A stretch of DNA of 64,000 bases, from the NCBI GenBank assembly GCA_037440465.1, contig JBBIUB010000002.1, positions 32,001-96,000 on the forward strand. The letters run 5' to 3'. Below the pieces are notes generated by a model that saw only the letters and a list, made by a program, of their open reading frames with translations, had not been told where the DNA came from and did not search any database. Positions 43,695 to 53,203 of this stretch are shown here, in pieces. The position numbers and the translations under genes are program-made. Numbering within the stretch: position 1 is the first letter of the stretch; every line of letters starts with the position of its first letter. This stretch comes from Coprothermobacterota bacterium (lineage in GTDB: Bacteria > Coprothermobacterota > HKB111).

Positions 43695-45992
43695 CTACTT
43701 AATAACTGCTTCTATCGGAACTTCTGAATCGTAAGTCCCGATAAGAGTGGGCAGAGTCAATACCGGTTTTGGTTCCCACCCAACCTTATTTAAATATTCC
43801 ATCACTTCCTTCTTAAAGAAAATGGGGATATCTTTATCGTTCCTAACGAAATGTTGAAGGTCATCAGGTAGACCTCCAAGGTAGGTTCTATGGAGGGAAA
43901 TGTAGTGATAGAGCTTGAGTTGTCTACCCTGGTGAGTATCATTCTTTCTTATACATAGCTTAGCTATTGTAACCACTGCCCTCTCTTTGTTTTCAATAAC
44001 AATGGTAAGGTGTTCAGGAGACGGTTCCTTTGTATCAAGAAGCTCCTTACTTCTACCATCTATTACTGACCAATCGTCTTCCTCTTTACGTGAAAGGTAT
44101 ATTCTTCTATACTTAGAAGCATGTGGTCCCAGCACTACTGGAACACCCCAGCGATTACAACCTGTTCCGATTGCAGCTGCTTTTTGAGAATAAGCTCCCC
44201 AGGCAACACCGCAAGCACCTACCCTATTCAAGATGTAGTCTGCAATTACCTCAAAATTCGCCCTAATAGGAAGTTTAGCAAATATACTGGCAACTTTAAT
44301 GGCTGCTCCTACAATATGTGCGTTTGATACGCAACTCCCTACATTTAAGACACCACCAGCATCGAAATCAGGAGGATATTTCTCATATAAAGTTTTTCCA
44401 TCGTTATCTTTCTTAAATCCAACTGCCATAGCAGCGCAACCAGAAAGAACAACTATGAACTTTCTCTTTGCAAATTCCTCAGCAATAAAGGCTATATCTT
44501 CAATATCGCCTGGAAGGTTTGAACAACCTACCAACGCTACAATACCCGGTATCGTTCCAAGAACAATAGGTGCACCAACTTTTCTGATTTCTACATCGTG
44601 AATAGGTCCTCTACCTGTCCTAACTTTATATTTATCCCATGAAGCTCCTGCTTGCATAGTTTTAATAATAGGAATGCCTCTCGGACAGGCTTCTTCACAC
44701 TTACCACATCCGATACACTGGTCAAAAAGTTCAGAGAGTAAATCAAAGTTTCCCTTGCCTGTTTCTGCAATGGCTGTTCCAACATCCAGAAGATTAGGAC
44801 AGACACGGTTACAAATACCACAATTTTTGCACTCTTTAGATAGTTCTTTAGCCTCTTCCTTAGTAAGAATCTCTTTCTTCCTTCTTGGAGCAAGTTCAAG
44901 AGCTACCCTAGCAGCAACCTCACCAGCTTTATCAATATCTAAGATTAAAACCTGTTTTCCATCTTCTACTATCATCCTGACAATTTCGTCTATTTCTTTC
45001 TTTGATACATCAGGTAATCCATAGCAAATCTTATCAGAGGTTGCTATAAGAGCACTTCCTACCTCTTTAGCAATTTGAGGAATATCGCTTCTGACACACT
45101 GCTCATCTGTCATAATAACATCAGATAATCCAGTTTTTAGGAAAAATAATTGCTTAGATAACGGACCAATTATTTTACCTCTTTCAGAGTAACGTGCAAT
45201 ATCATGTGCAGTACAACAAATTCCTGTAATCTCTACCTTATCTTCTAAACCATTTTTTCTTAAATAGTCAATCAGAACTGTTGCACCAGCTGCATTGTGA
45301 CCTACGCAAGTAATTATTGGCTTAGTTTTATCAACAGCACCCCAACCAAGGTCAACGAGGGGGGTATCAGAAACTGAGGTAGGAAATTTGAAACCAACAA
45401 TCTGGGCGATATCAGCAGCTTCAAGGGCTATATGGTCTAACATACCTGTATGAAGAGATTTAGACTCAAAATCTAAAGCACTACCTTCCTGACCCATGTG
45501 AGTAGCTGAAACAGCATGAACAAGGCCTTTCTCAACATATGAAATTGCTTCTTTCAAATCTCCAAGTGTCTCAACTTTTAAGCCCATAACAGTTCTAATT
45601 ATGGGGGCTTCAACATTTACTAAAGAACCAAGATCTATCTTATAGTCCTCACCATATTTATCTATTAGATAGTCTATAAGATGTCTTCCATGAGCAGCAT
45701 GAGCTGCACATCCCATAATACAGGACATCAAAACAAACCTAGCTTGTTGAGCAGCAATATCTATGCCACAAGCTCCCTTCTTCTTCCCAGTAAGATCGCA
45801 TTTACCAAATGTACAGAAACAGCAAAGATCACAGAACGGTGCATAGAAAGGTTTGTAGGTTTGAAGGAGTCGGAAGTCCCATCCCCTAAGATCTGTGATG
45901 CTGGGCATAGGGGTATAACCAACTGGTTCCCAAGTATCTTCAGACCTGATAATTTCATTTACTTCAACTTTGTCCCTGGTTTTTTTACTCAT
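43695..45992 (-). CDS. cdhA: Ni,Fe CO dehydrogenase, archaeal-type alpha subunit
   Basis: CDLCCFCTFGKCDL..GACG, H..HGRH, GHN, GICCT, DEQC, VGC, SGC, GSC, SQK; inserted ferredoxin CKNCGICNRVCP / CIGCGKCEEACP diagnostic of CdhA rather than CooS. Confidence 0.96.
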   Translation of the reverse strand: MSKKTRDKVEVNEIIRSEDTWEPVGYTPMPSITDLRGWDFRLLQTYKPFYAPFCDLCCFCTFGKCDLTGKKKGACGIDIAAQQARFVLMSCIMGCAAHAAHGRHLIDYLIDKYGEDYKIDLGSLVNVEAPIIRTVMGLKVETLGDLKEAISYVEKGLVHAVSATHMGQEGSALDFESKSLHTGMLDHIALEAADIAQIVGFKFPTSVSDTPLVDLGWGAVDKTKPIITCVGHNAAGATVLIDYLRKNGLEDKVEITGICCTAHDIARYSERGKIIGPLSKQLFFLKTGLSDVIMTDEQCVRSDIPQIAKEVGSALIATSDKICYGLPDVSKKEIDEIVRMIVEDGKQVLILDIDKAGEVAARVALELAPRRKKEILTKEEAKELSKECKNCGICNRVCPNLLDVGTAIAETGKGNFDLLSELFDQCIGCGKCEEACPRGIPIIKTMQAGASWDKYKVRTGRGPIHDVEIRKVGAPIVLGTIPGIVALVGCSNLPGDIEDIAFIAEEFAKRKFIVVLSGCAAMAVGFKKDNDGKTLYEKYPPDFDAGGVLNVGSCVSNAHIVGAAIKVASIFAKLPIRANFEVIADYILNRVGACGVAWGAYSQKAAAIGTGCNRWGVPVVLGPHASKYRRIYLSRKEEDDWSVIDGRSKELLDTKEPSPEHLTIVIENKERAVVTIAKLCIRKNDTHQGRQLKLYHYISLHRTYLGGLPDDLQHFVRNDKDIPIFFKKEVMEYLNKVGWEPKPVLTLPTLIGTYDSEVPIEAVIK

Positions 45993-46096
45993 TTTTCCTC
46001 CCTTACTTTTAACCTAATTGAATTCTTTACAGTAAATAAGACACTTTATTTAAACAGGGTTAAACAACAGTAAATAATTTTTATAAACACTCCAAT

Positions 46097-46125
46097 AATT
46101 TAACACTTCTTAAACAGAGTGTCAA
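46097..46125 (-). promoter_or_regulatory. Putative sigma70 promoter of the cdh operon
   Basis: Minus strand TTGACA-17 bp-TAAATT with TG extension. Confidence 0.5.
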
Positions 46126-46137
46126 GGTATTGTAAGC

Positions 46138-46166
46138 TTGACATTACTTTGTGAAGGTGATAAAAT
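46138..46166 (+). promoter_or_regulatory. Sigma70 promoter of the infC-rpmI-rplT operon
   Basis: TTGACA-17 bp-TAAAAT with TG extension. Confidence 0.75.
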
Positions 46167-46181
46167 TTTTATCAGACTGGG

Positions 46182-46266
46182 AAAGTAGAAGCTAATAAAG
46201 CCTGGTGCTTCTCACCCCGAAGGCTCAGCCTAAAAGGGTAACAGGGATAACCACCGCTTTTTCTTT
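46182..46266 (+). ncRNA. Ribosomal protein L20 leader-like RNA
   Basis: AGTAGAAGC...GCTTCTCACC...CCGCTTTTT pattern upstream of infC, resembling the Firmicutes-type L20 leader. Confidence 0.65.
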
Positions 46267-46293
46267 CCCTAATACTTATTGGAGGTGAGATTC

Positions 46294-46863
46294 ATCTCAA
46301 AAGAAGCTGAATTTAACGAAAGCATTAAAGCACAAATTATTAGGGTGATAGACGAGGATGGTAATCAAGTTGGTGTCCTCCCTACCAAAGAAGCCGTAGA
46401 AATTGCAAGACAGAAAGGCTTAGATTTGGTAGTCGTTTCACCTGCAAGTAATCCACCAGTTTGTAAGTTTTTGAATTACGGTCAGTACAGATACGAAATT
46501 CAAAAAAGGGATAAAGAAGCAAAGAAAAAGCAGAAAATAATGGAATTAAAAGAAATGCGTTTCAAGAGCTTCCATATTAATAATCATGATCTTGAAGTGA
46601 AATTAAGGCATATAAGTGGGTTCTTGAAAGAAGGAGACAAAGTAAAAATATCTCTTTTTTTAAGAGGAAGAGCTAATGTACATAGTGATATTGGCATAAC
46701 CCTTCTTAATAACATGGCCGATTCGTTAAGTGAAGTAGGACTTGTAGAAAGACCACCACAACCGGAAGGTCGAAGGTTAATAATGGTTTTAAGCCCAAAA
46801 CCACAAAAAGGAGTTAAACAACGTGAAAACCAAGACGAGAAAGAGCGCTCTAAAAAGGTTTAA
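46294..46863 (+). CDS. infC: Translation initiation factor IF-3 (probable ATC start)
   Basis: NESI.A..IRVI, GLDLV...PPVCK..YG.Y.YE, FL.EGDKVK...RGR; SD GGAGGTG 6 nt before the in-frame ATC. Confidence 0.93.
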   Translation: MSKEAEFNESIKAQIIRVIDEDGNQVGVLPTKEAVEIARQKGLDLVVVSPASNPPVCKFLNYGQYRYEIQKRDKEAKKKQKIMELKEMRFKSFHINNHDLEVKLRHISGFLKEGDKVKISLFLRGRANVHSDIGITLLNNMADSLSEVGLVERPPQPEGRRLIMVLSPKPQKGVKQRENQDEKERSKKV

Positions 46864-47017
46864 ACTTACAGGTACTGGCAAGCTTCTGCGTAAAAGGCAG
46901 GGTGGAGCTCATTTATTAAGGAAAAAGTCTAAATCTCAAAGAACAAGACTTACTTCAAAAGGGGTAGTAGACCCCACCTATAAAGAACATATAAAGAAAC
47001 TTTTGCCTAACCTTTAA
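46823..47017 (+). CDS. rpmI: 50S ribosomal protein L35
   Basis: KTRKSALKRFKLTGTGK..R....H...KKS. Confidence 0.95.
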   Translation: MKTKTRKSALKRFKLTGTGKLLRKRQGGAHLLRKKSKSQRTRLTSKGVVDPTYKEHIKKLLPNL

Positions 47018-47052
47018 TTAGTTAGTTACCGTTACCACCAGGAGGTGTAAAA

Positions 47053-47412
47053 ATGAGAGTTAAAGGCGGTTTTACAACGCGTCGCCGTCATAAAAAGATT
47101 TTAAAATTAACCAAGGGATACCAACATGGACTGCGTAAACGTTTTCGTATAGCCAAAGAAGCTGTTTTGAAAGCCCTAAGGTATGCGTACTTTCACCGCA
47201 GGGAAAGGAAAAGAGACTTCAGGTCACTCTGGATAACAAGGATAAATGCTGCGGTGAGAGAACAAGGATTATCTTATAGTCAGTTCATCAATGGTTTAAA
47301 GAAAAATAATGTAGTTATCAATAGAAAAATATTAGCTGACTTAGCCATAACTGATAAAGAAGCTTTTAATAATCTTATTGAACAATCCAGAAACGCATTA
47401 AACATAGGATAA
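47053..47412 (+). CDS. rplT: 50S ribosomal protein L20
   Basis: MRVKGG...[34 protein letters not shown]. Confidence 0.97.
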   Translation: MRVKGGFTTRRRHKKILKLTKGYQHGLRKRFRIAKEAVLKALRYAYFHRRERKRDFRSLWITRINAAVREQGLSYSQFINGLKKNNVVINRKILADLAITDKEAFNNLIEQSRNALNIG

Positions 47413-47416
47413 TCCT

Positions 47417-48442
47417 TTGCAAAACATAGAAGTTCTACAGGAGAGAATTAAGAACATATCTACCCTGGAAGAGCTGGAGGAGCTTAGAGTTCATCTACTT
47501 GGACGACAGGGCGAGATAACGATTCTTCTCAAGAACCTAAATGTTTTACCAGTTGAAGAAAGGCGTAAAAGAGGAAATGAATTAAACAATTTTAAAAATG
47601 AAATTGAGGACTTTTTAAACAATAGAAAGACAGAAATAGAGGAAGGTGTTTTAAACTCAAAACTTAAAAATGAGGCCATAGATATCTTCCTCCCTCCTTT
47701 TTCTCTTCCAATGGGGAGGCTTCACATCTTATCCATAGTTTATAAAAAAGTTGAAGAAGTACTTGGAAGTTTGGGGTATGAGGTAGTTGAAGGCCCTGAG
47801 ATTGAATCAGACTATTATAATTTTGAAGCATTAAACATGCCAGTTCACCATCCAGCAAGAGATATGTGGGATACTTTCTATTTTGAAAATGGCTTGCTGT
47901 TAAGGACCCATACCTCACCTGTACAAATAAGGACAATGCAAAGTAGACAACCACCTATAAAAATAATAGCACCCGGGAAATGTTACCGTAGAGATAACCC
48001 CGATGCCTCCCACTCCCCGGGTTTTCACCAATTAGAGGGACTATATATTGATGAAGGCGTTAGTCTCTCACACCTAAAAGGTACACTTGAATTCTTCGCG
48101 CGTGCTATGTTTGGACCTTATCAAGAAGTCAAGCTCATAACTTCATACTATCCCTTCGTTGAACCTGGCTTAGAAGTCTCTTTAAAATGTGTAATCTGCA
48201 AAGGAAAAGGCTGTATCACATGTAAATACTCTGGTTGGCTTGAGATTTTGGGAGCAGGCATGGTTCATCCAGATGTTCTATCAAGACAGGAAATTTACCC
48301 AGACAAGTACTCAGGTTTTGCTTTTGGTATTGGTATAGACAGGGTAGCAATGTTAATGTATGGCATAAAAGACATCAGATCATTTCTGGAGAATGACCTT
48401 AGATTTTTAAACCAATTTAAAGCAATCCTGGAGGAAACCTAA
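47417..48442 (+). CDS. pheS: Phenylalanine--tRNA ligase alpha subunit
   Basis: HPARDMWDTFY, LRTHTSPVQIR, HSPGFHQLEG, YPFVEP, EILGAGMVHP, GFAFGIG.DR. Confidence 0.97.
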   Translation: MQNIEVLQERIKNISTLEELEELRVHLLGRQGEITILLKNLNVLPVEERRKRGNELNNFKNEIEDFLNNRKTEIEEGVLNSKLKNEAIDIFLPPFSLPMGRLHILSIVYKKVEEVLGSLGYEVVEGPEIESDYYNFEALNMPVHHPARDMWDTFYFENGLLLRTHTSPVQIRTMQSRQPPIKIIAPGKCYRRDNPDASHSPGFHQLEGLYIDEGVSLSHLKGTLEFFARAMFGPYQEVKLITSYYPFVEPGLEVSLKCVICKGKGCITCKYSGWLEILGAGMVHPDVLSRQEIYPDKYSGFAFGIGIDRVAMLMYGIKDIRSFLENDLRFLNQFKAILEET

Positions 48443-50848
48443 ATGAGATTCCCTCTTAGCTGGCTAAGGGATTATATTCCTGATTTTGAACCTAATCCAG
48501 TTAACAGAGAAAAATTAGAACTTGCTGGCTTAGAAATAGAAGAAGAAATATTATTAGGTATATCTTTTAAGGGTATATCCATAGGTGAAATTCTGGAAAT
48601 TCAACCACATCCTCACAAAGAACATCTTCTATTAACAAAGATTAGGGTTGATGGTGATGAATCTGCAACTAAACAGATTGTCTGTGGAGCTCATAATATC
48701 AAAGTTGGAAATTATATCCCCGTAGCCTTCCCCGGTTCTATTGTAGAAGGAGAGACGCTTGGAGCGAGAAAAATTGGTGGTATTCTATCTGAAGGTATGC
48801 TTCTCTCTCTTAAGGAGTTAGGCTTCCCAGAAGAATATTTTCCTAAATCCCATGAAGGCATCTTTATTATTCATCAAACTTCTTCTTCAACAACCATAGA
48901 AGAGCTTCTTTCTTTACCCGACACTATCTGGGAAATTAAAGTTTTCCCTAATAGAAGTGACCTATTAAGTATAAAAGGGATGGCAAGAGAGATTGCAGCT
49001 ATCCTTAACTTACCATTTTATTGCCCTGAAATTGAAAAAGATGAGCCTTTATCTAAAAAACAGTGTAGTTTGAAAGTAGAAATAGACAATTTCTCAGACT
49101 GCTCATATTATTCTGCATCATTAATTGAAAATGTATCAATAAAAGAATCTCCTTCCTGGATGCAAATTAAGTTGTTGAAATGTGGATTAAGACCTATCAA
49201 TAATGTTGTTGACGCAACAAACTATGTTATGTTGGAACTTGGTCAACCCCTTCACGCCTTTGATTATACAAGTATTCAGAAAGATACCATCAAGGTAAGA
49301 AGGGGAAAGAGCTGGGGTGAATCTCTTTTAACTCTTGATGATAATTTAAGATCTGTAGATGGTGAAGTTCTTTTGATAGCTACTACCAATGACCCCATAG
49401 GAATAGCAGGAATTATTGGTGGGATAAACAGTGGCATAACCGAACATACTAAAAAGGTTGTTCTTGAATCTGCTTATTTTTCACCTGAAATAATACGTTC
49501 TGGTAGAAGAAAGTTAGGCATATCTACTGATGCTTCCTATCGTTTTGAAAGAGGGCTTGACCCATTCCTGGCTGACTATGCCCGCATAAAAGTGCTTGAA
49601 ATAATGAAAAAAATCAGTGATAGTAAGGTTATTAGCACCACCATAACCAAAAACGAGCCACTTTCTCAACAGCAAAACATTTCATTTACTATGGAAAAAC
49701 TTAATAACTTTTTAGGAACAGATTTTATTTCTGAAGAAATATTCAAATCTCTCGGACATTTCCAGGTTAAGCAAGAGAAAGATATCTTTACTGTGGATAT
49801 ACCATCATACCGTAGAGATCTTTCTATACCAGAAGACATCTATGAAGAAGTAGCCAGAATAATTGGCTACCATAGAATACCCAGCAAATTACCTGTAATT
49901 TCTTCTCGAGAATTACTTTCTGTCAGAAGTAAAAACATAGAAAGTATTCTCCGTGAAAACTTGTGTAAATTGGGCTTGACTGAAGTAGTGACCTCTTCCA
50001 TGCTTTCAGAGGAAGAACTTATTGGTTACGGAAAACCCCTTAGTATTAAAAATCCAATAAGTAAAGATTTATCTTACTATAGGTCTTCCCTTATCCCCGG
50101 GATGTTAAAAGTTGTCTTAACGAACATCAAATATGGCATAAAAGACCTTTCAATATTTGAAATGGGTCACATTTACAACGAAGAAGAAAAATCTTATTTA
50201 GCTATCTTATGTACTGGCAGGCTACTACCAGAAGGGTGGAAAAAAACCGAACTATTATCAGATTTCTATTACATCTGGGGAATTTTAAACAAATTATCAG
50301 ATGAGTTCAATCTTGGCTTGGAGCTTACACTTGAACAACCAAAAAAACATCAATCTTTGCCAAACCTTGAGTTTCTTCACCCTTCCAGAAAAGCTCTGGT
50401 TAAAAAGAGTGGCTATATTTTAGGTTATATAGGAGAAATACACCCCTTACGCATCAGTCATATTCGCCCATCACCCGATAGAATATATGTAGCAGAATTA
50501 GATTTGAAATATTTTAAACAAGATGTAAGCACCACTTTTTCAGTTATTGAACCTTCTCGCTTTCCTCATGTAGAAAGACACCTATCATTAACCTTTCCTA
50601 CTTCAACAAACTACAACTCTATTGAAAAAGCAATATTTTCACAAAAACCCAGGTTCTTAGAAAAAATTATTTTACTTGATCGCTTCAATTTGATAGAAAA
50701 ACAGGAGTTAATCTCTTTTACTATTTCTTTCATTTTTAGGGCTAACGACCATACTTTAAAAGAAGAAGAGGTTAGGCAAGAGCTCGTCAAAATAGTTAAT
50801 GGATGTTCAGAAATTGGAGGGGAGCTAAGAGGTAGAAAAAATAATTAG
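48443..50848 (+). CDS. pheT: Phenylalanine--tRNA ligase beta subunit
   Basis: QIVCGA.N, SEGML, PNRSDLLS..G.ARE, INNVVDATNYV..ELGQP.HAFD, S.RFERG, YRRDL...ED..EEVAR. Confidence 0.96.
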   Translation: MRFPLSWLRDYIPDFEPNPVNREKLELAGLEIEEEILLGISFKGISIGEILEIQPHPHKEHLLLTKIRVDGDESATKQIVCGAHNIKVGNYIPVAFPGSIVEGETLGARKIGGILSEGMLLSLKELGFPEEYFPKSHEGIFIIHQTSSSTTIEELLSLPDTIWEIKVFPNRSDLLSIKGMAREIAAILNLPFYCPEIEKDEPLSKKQCSLKVEIDNFSDCSYYSASLIENVSIKESPSWMQIKLLKCGLRPINNVVDATNYVMLELGQPLHAFDYTSIQKDTIKVRRGKSWGESLLTLDDNLRSVDGEVLLIATTNDPIGIAGIIGGINSGITEHTKKVVLESAYFSPEIIRSGRRKLGISTDASYRFERGLDPFLADYARIKVLEIMKKISDSKVISTTITKNEPLSQQQNISFTMEKLNNFLGTDFISEEIFKSLGHFQVKQEKDIFTVDIPSYRRDLSIPEDIYEEVARIIGYHRIPSKLPVISSRELLSVRSKNIESILRENLCKLGLTEVVTSSMLSEEELIGYGKPLSIKNPISKDLSYYRSSLIPGMLKVVLTNIKYGIKDLSIFEMGHIYNEEEKSYLAILCTGRLLPEGWKKTELLSDFYYIWGILNKLSDEFNLGLELTLEQPKKHQSLPNLEFLHPSRKALVKKSGYILGYIGEIHPLRISHIRPSPDRIYVAELDLKYFKQDVSTTFSVIEPSRFPHVERHLSLTFPTSTNYNSIEKAIFSQKPRFLEKIILLDRFNLIEKQELISFTISFIFRANDHTLKEEEVRQELVKIVNGCSEIGGELRGRKNN

Positions 50849-50850
50849 AT

Positions 50851-53196
50851 TTGAACGAGCATACTTTAAAAGTACTAGACTATTTCACCATATTAGAAAA
50901 GGCTAAATCATACACCCTATCTGAAGAAGGAAAAGAAAGTATACTGGCTCTAAGACCTCTCATCTCCCGTGATTTAATTGAAGATTCTTTAAAAGAAACA
51001 GCTGAGGCAATGAGTTTTCTGGAAAAAAACAGTCATCCTCTTAACGGAATAAAATCTATTTCCGAGTCTGTTGATGCCCTTTCTCATGGAGTTATTCTTA
51101 ACCCTTACCAGTTGTGGAATATTGCTAATAATCTAAAGATTATTACAAAAACGAAAGATATAATTAAAGATAAGGAATACTCAACACTTCAAAGAATACT
51201 TCAACCCCTGGGAGACTTCAATGAATATATTGGACTTATTGATAGGTCCATTTCCGATGATGGTTCTATTTTAGATACTGCAAGTTCCGAGCTTGAAGTT
51301 ATAAGGAAAAAAATAGCTATTCTAAAAAATAGATTAAGGAAAGAATTAGAGGAAATTGTTAGCCAGAACTCCCTTCGTCCTTATCTGCAAGGAGATTATA
51401 TAACTGAAAGGAAAGGAAGATGGGTCATCCCTGTGAAAAGCGAGCATAAATCCAATTTCCCAGGTATAGTACACGATACTTCATCAAGTGGTTCTACAAT
51501 TTTCATGGAACCTCTTAAAACTATCCAGTTGAGTAATGATATAACCAGTTGGGAAAGAAAAGAAGAGCATGAAATTAACCGAATTCTAAAAGAACTTTCA
51601 GATAATCTTAGAAAAATATTCCCTTCTCTGAAAGAGAGCCTTGAGATAAGCATACACTTAGAAACTGTTTTCGCTAAAGCTTCCTTTGGGTTTGGTTTAA
51701 ACTGTGTCATTCCTGAATTATCAGAAATACAAAAAATTGAAATAATAGGTGGAAGGCACCCCCTTCTAACTGTAAAACCTGTACCCGTAGACATTGAAAT
51801 AGGCACTTCCTATAAAACTCTTATAATCTCAGGACCCAATACTGGAGGTAAAACAGTATCACTAAAAATTGCAGGACTCTTCATACTTATGGCTCAAAGC
51901 GGTTTTCCTGTACCAGCCTATAAAGTTAATACAGGAATTTTCCCAAAGATATTTGCTGATATAGGGGATGAACAATCTATTGCTCAAAACATAAGCACCT
52001 TTTCTTCACATATGGGAAATATCAGTTCATTTTTACCAGATATTGACTCCTCTACACTGGTTATTCTTGATGAATTGGGAGCAGGCACAGACCCTCAGGA
52101 AGGTTCTGCCCTGGCTTACGCTCTTTTAGAACATCTACACAAACATTCAGCAATCGTACTAATATCTACTCACCACAGCGAACTCAAGACTTTTCCTTAT
52201 AGACATTCACAATCAGCTAATGGCTCTATGGAGTTTGATCTTGCTTCCCTGAAACCAACTTATAAACTAATTATTGGTGTTCCTGGGAGGAGCTTTGCTC
52301 TTCTCATAGCTAAAAAACTTGGAATCCCAGGGGATGTTGTAAAAAATGCAGGTTCTCTAATGCCCCAAACACAAAAAGAGTTGTCTGAATTAGTTAAAAA
52401 CTTGGAGGAAATAAGAAAAAATTACGAATCAAGGAAGACAGAGTACGAAACCTTACTTAACGATACTCAGAAAATTAAGGAAAACTATGAGAAAGAATTA
52501 AAGGAACTCAAATCTAAAAGAAGAAAAATCTTGAGTGAGTTAAGAACTGAAGGCGAAGAAAAGATAGATGAGTTGCTTACTTCCCTAAAAGAGTTAATGA
52601 AGAAAATTGAAGATAAAAAGTCAACCATAAAAGATGCCCGTAGTGCCTATCAAGATTTAAAACTCAAAGCAGATGATACAATATCTAACTTCATAGAAAA
52701 AACTATTGAACAACCAGAACCTTTAACTCTCTTAACCCCTACAAAATTATCCCCCGGCGATAGAGTTTATATAGATTCTTTACAAGAAGAAGGCATTGTT
52801 ATCAAATCAGTAGATAAGAAAGGGTTTGTCCTTGTCCAGGCAGGTTTTTTAAAAACTGCTGTACCTATAGAAAGCATAAAAGTCGTTGATGAAAGAATAA
52901 GTCAACCAGTTAAAAAGGTTCCAGAAAAATCCTTATTCAAAGAATTTAACGAGAATATTCCTTTGAGGTTAGATTTGCACGGTATAAGGGGAGAAGAAGC
53001 TATAAATCTATTAGACCAATATGTAGAACAAGCTTATTTAGCAGGTTATAGGGAAGTCAGGATTGTGCATGGAATTGGTAAAGGAATCCTAAAAAAATTA
53101 GTGAGAGATTTTCTTTACCATCATCCTTATATTGACAAAGTAGGCACAGATCTTCAAGAAGGAGAAGGAGTAACTCTTCTAATCTTCAAAGAGTAA
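50851..53196 (+). CDS. mutS2: Endonuclease MutS2
   Basis: GIVHDTSSSGST.F.EP, ISGPNTGGKT, DIGDEQSI..STFSSH, DELGAGTDP.EG, C-terminal Smr LDLHG..IVHGIGKG. Confidence 0.95.
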   Translation: MNEHTLKVLDYFTILEKAKSYTLSEEGKESILALRPLISRDLIEDSLKETAEAMSFLEKNSHPLNGIKSISESVDALSHGVILNPYQLWNIANNLKIITKTKDIIKDKEYSTLQRILQPLGDFNEYIGLIDRSISDDGSILDTASSELEVIRKKIAILKNRLRKELEEIVSQNSLRPYLQGDYITERKGRWVIPVKSEHKSNFPGIVHDTSSSGSTIFMEPLKTIQLSNDITSWERKEEHEINRILKELSDNLRKIFPSLKESLEISIHLETVFAKASFGFGLNCVIPELSEIQKIEIIGGRHPLLTVKPVPVDIEIGTSYKTLIISGPNTGGKTVSLKIAGLFILMAQSGFPVPAYKVNTGIFPKIFADIGDEQSIAQNISTFSSHMGNISSFLPDIDSSTLVILDELGAGTDPQEGSALAYALLEHLHKHSAIVLISTHHSELKTFPYRHSQSANGSMEFDLASLKPTYKLIIGVPGRSFALLIAKKLGIPGDVVKNAGSLMPQTQKELSELVKNLEEIRKNYESRKTEYETLLNDTQKIKENYEKELKELKSKRRKILSELRTEGEEKIDELLTSLKELMKKIEDKKSTIKDARSAYQDLKLKADDTISNFIEKTIEQPEPLTLLTPTKLSPGDRVYIDSLQEEGIVIKSVDKKGFVLVQAGFLKTAVPIESIKVVDERISQPVKKVPEKSLFKEFNENIPLRLDLHGIRGEEAINLLDQYVEQAYLAGYREVRIVHGIGKGILKKLVRDFLYHHPYIDKVGTDLQEGEGVTLLIFKE

Positions 53197-53203
53197 TTAA
53201 TTC

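Noticed and set aside
46149..46166. TTGTGAA as a Rex operator controlling the cdh operon
   Set aside because: Only one half-site matches, and it lies within the infC promoter spacer
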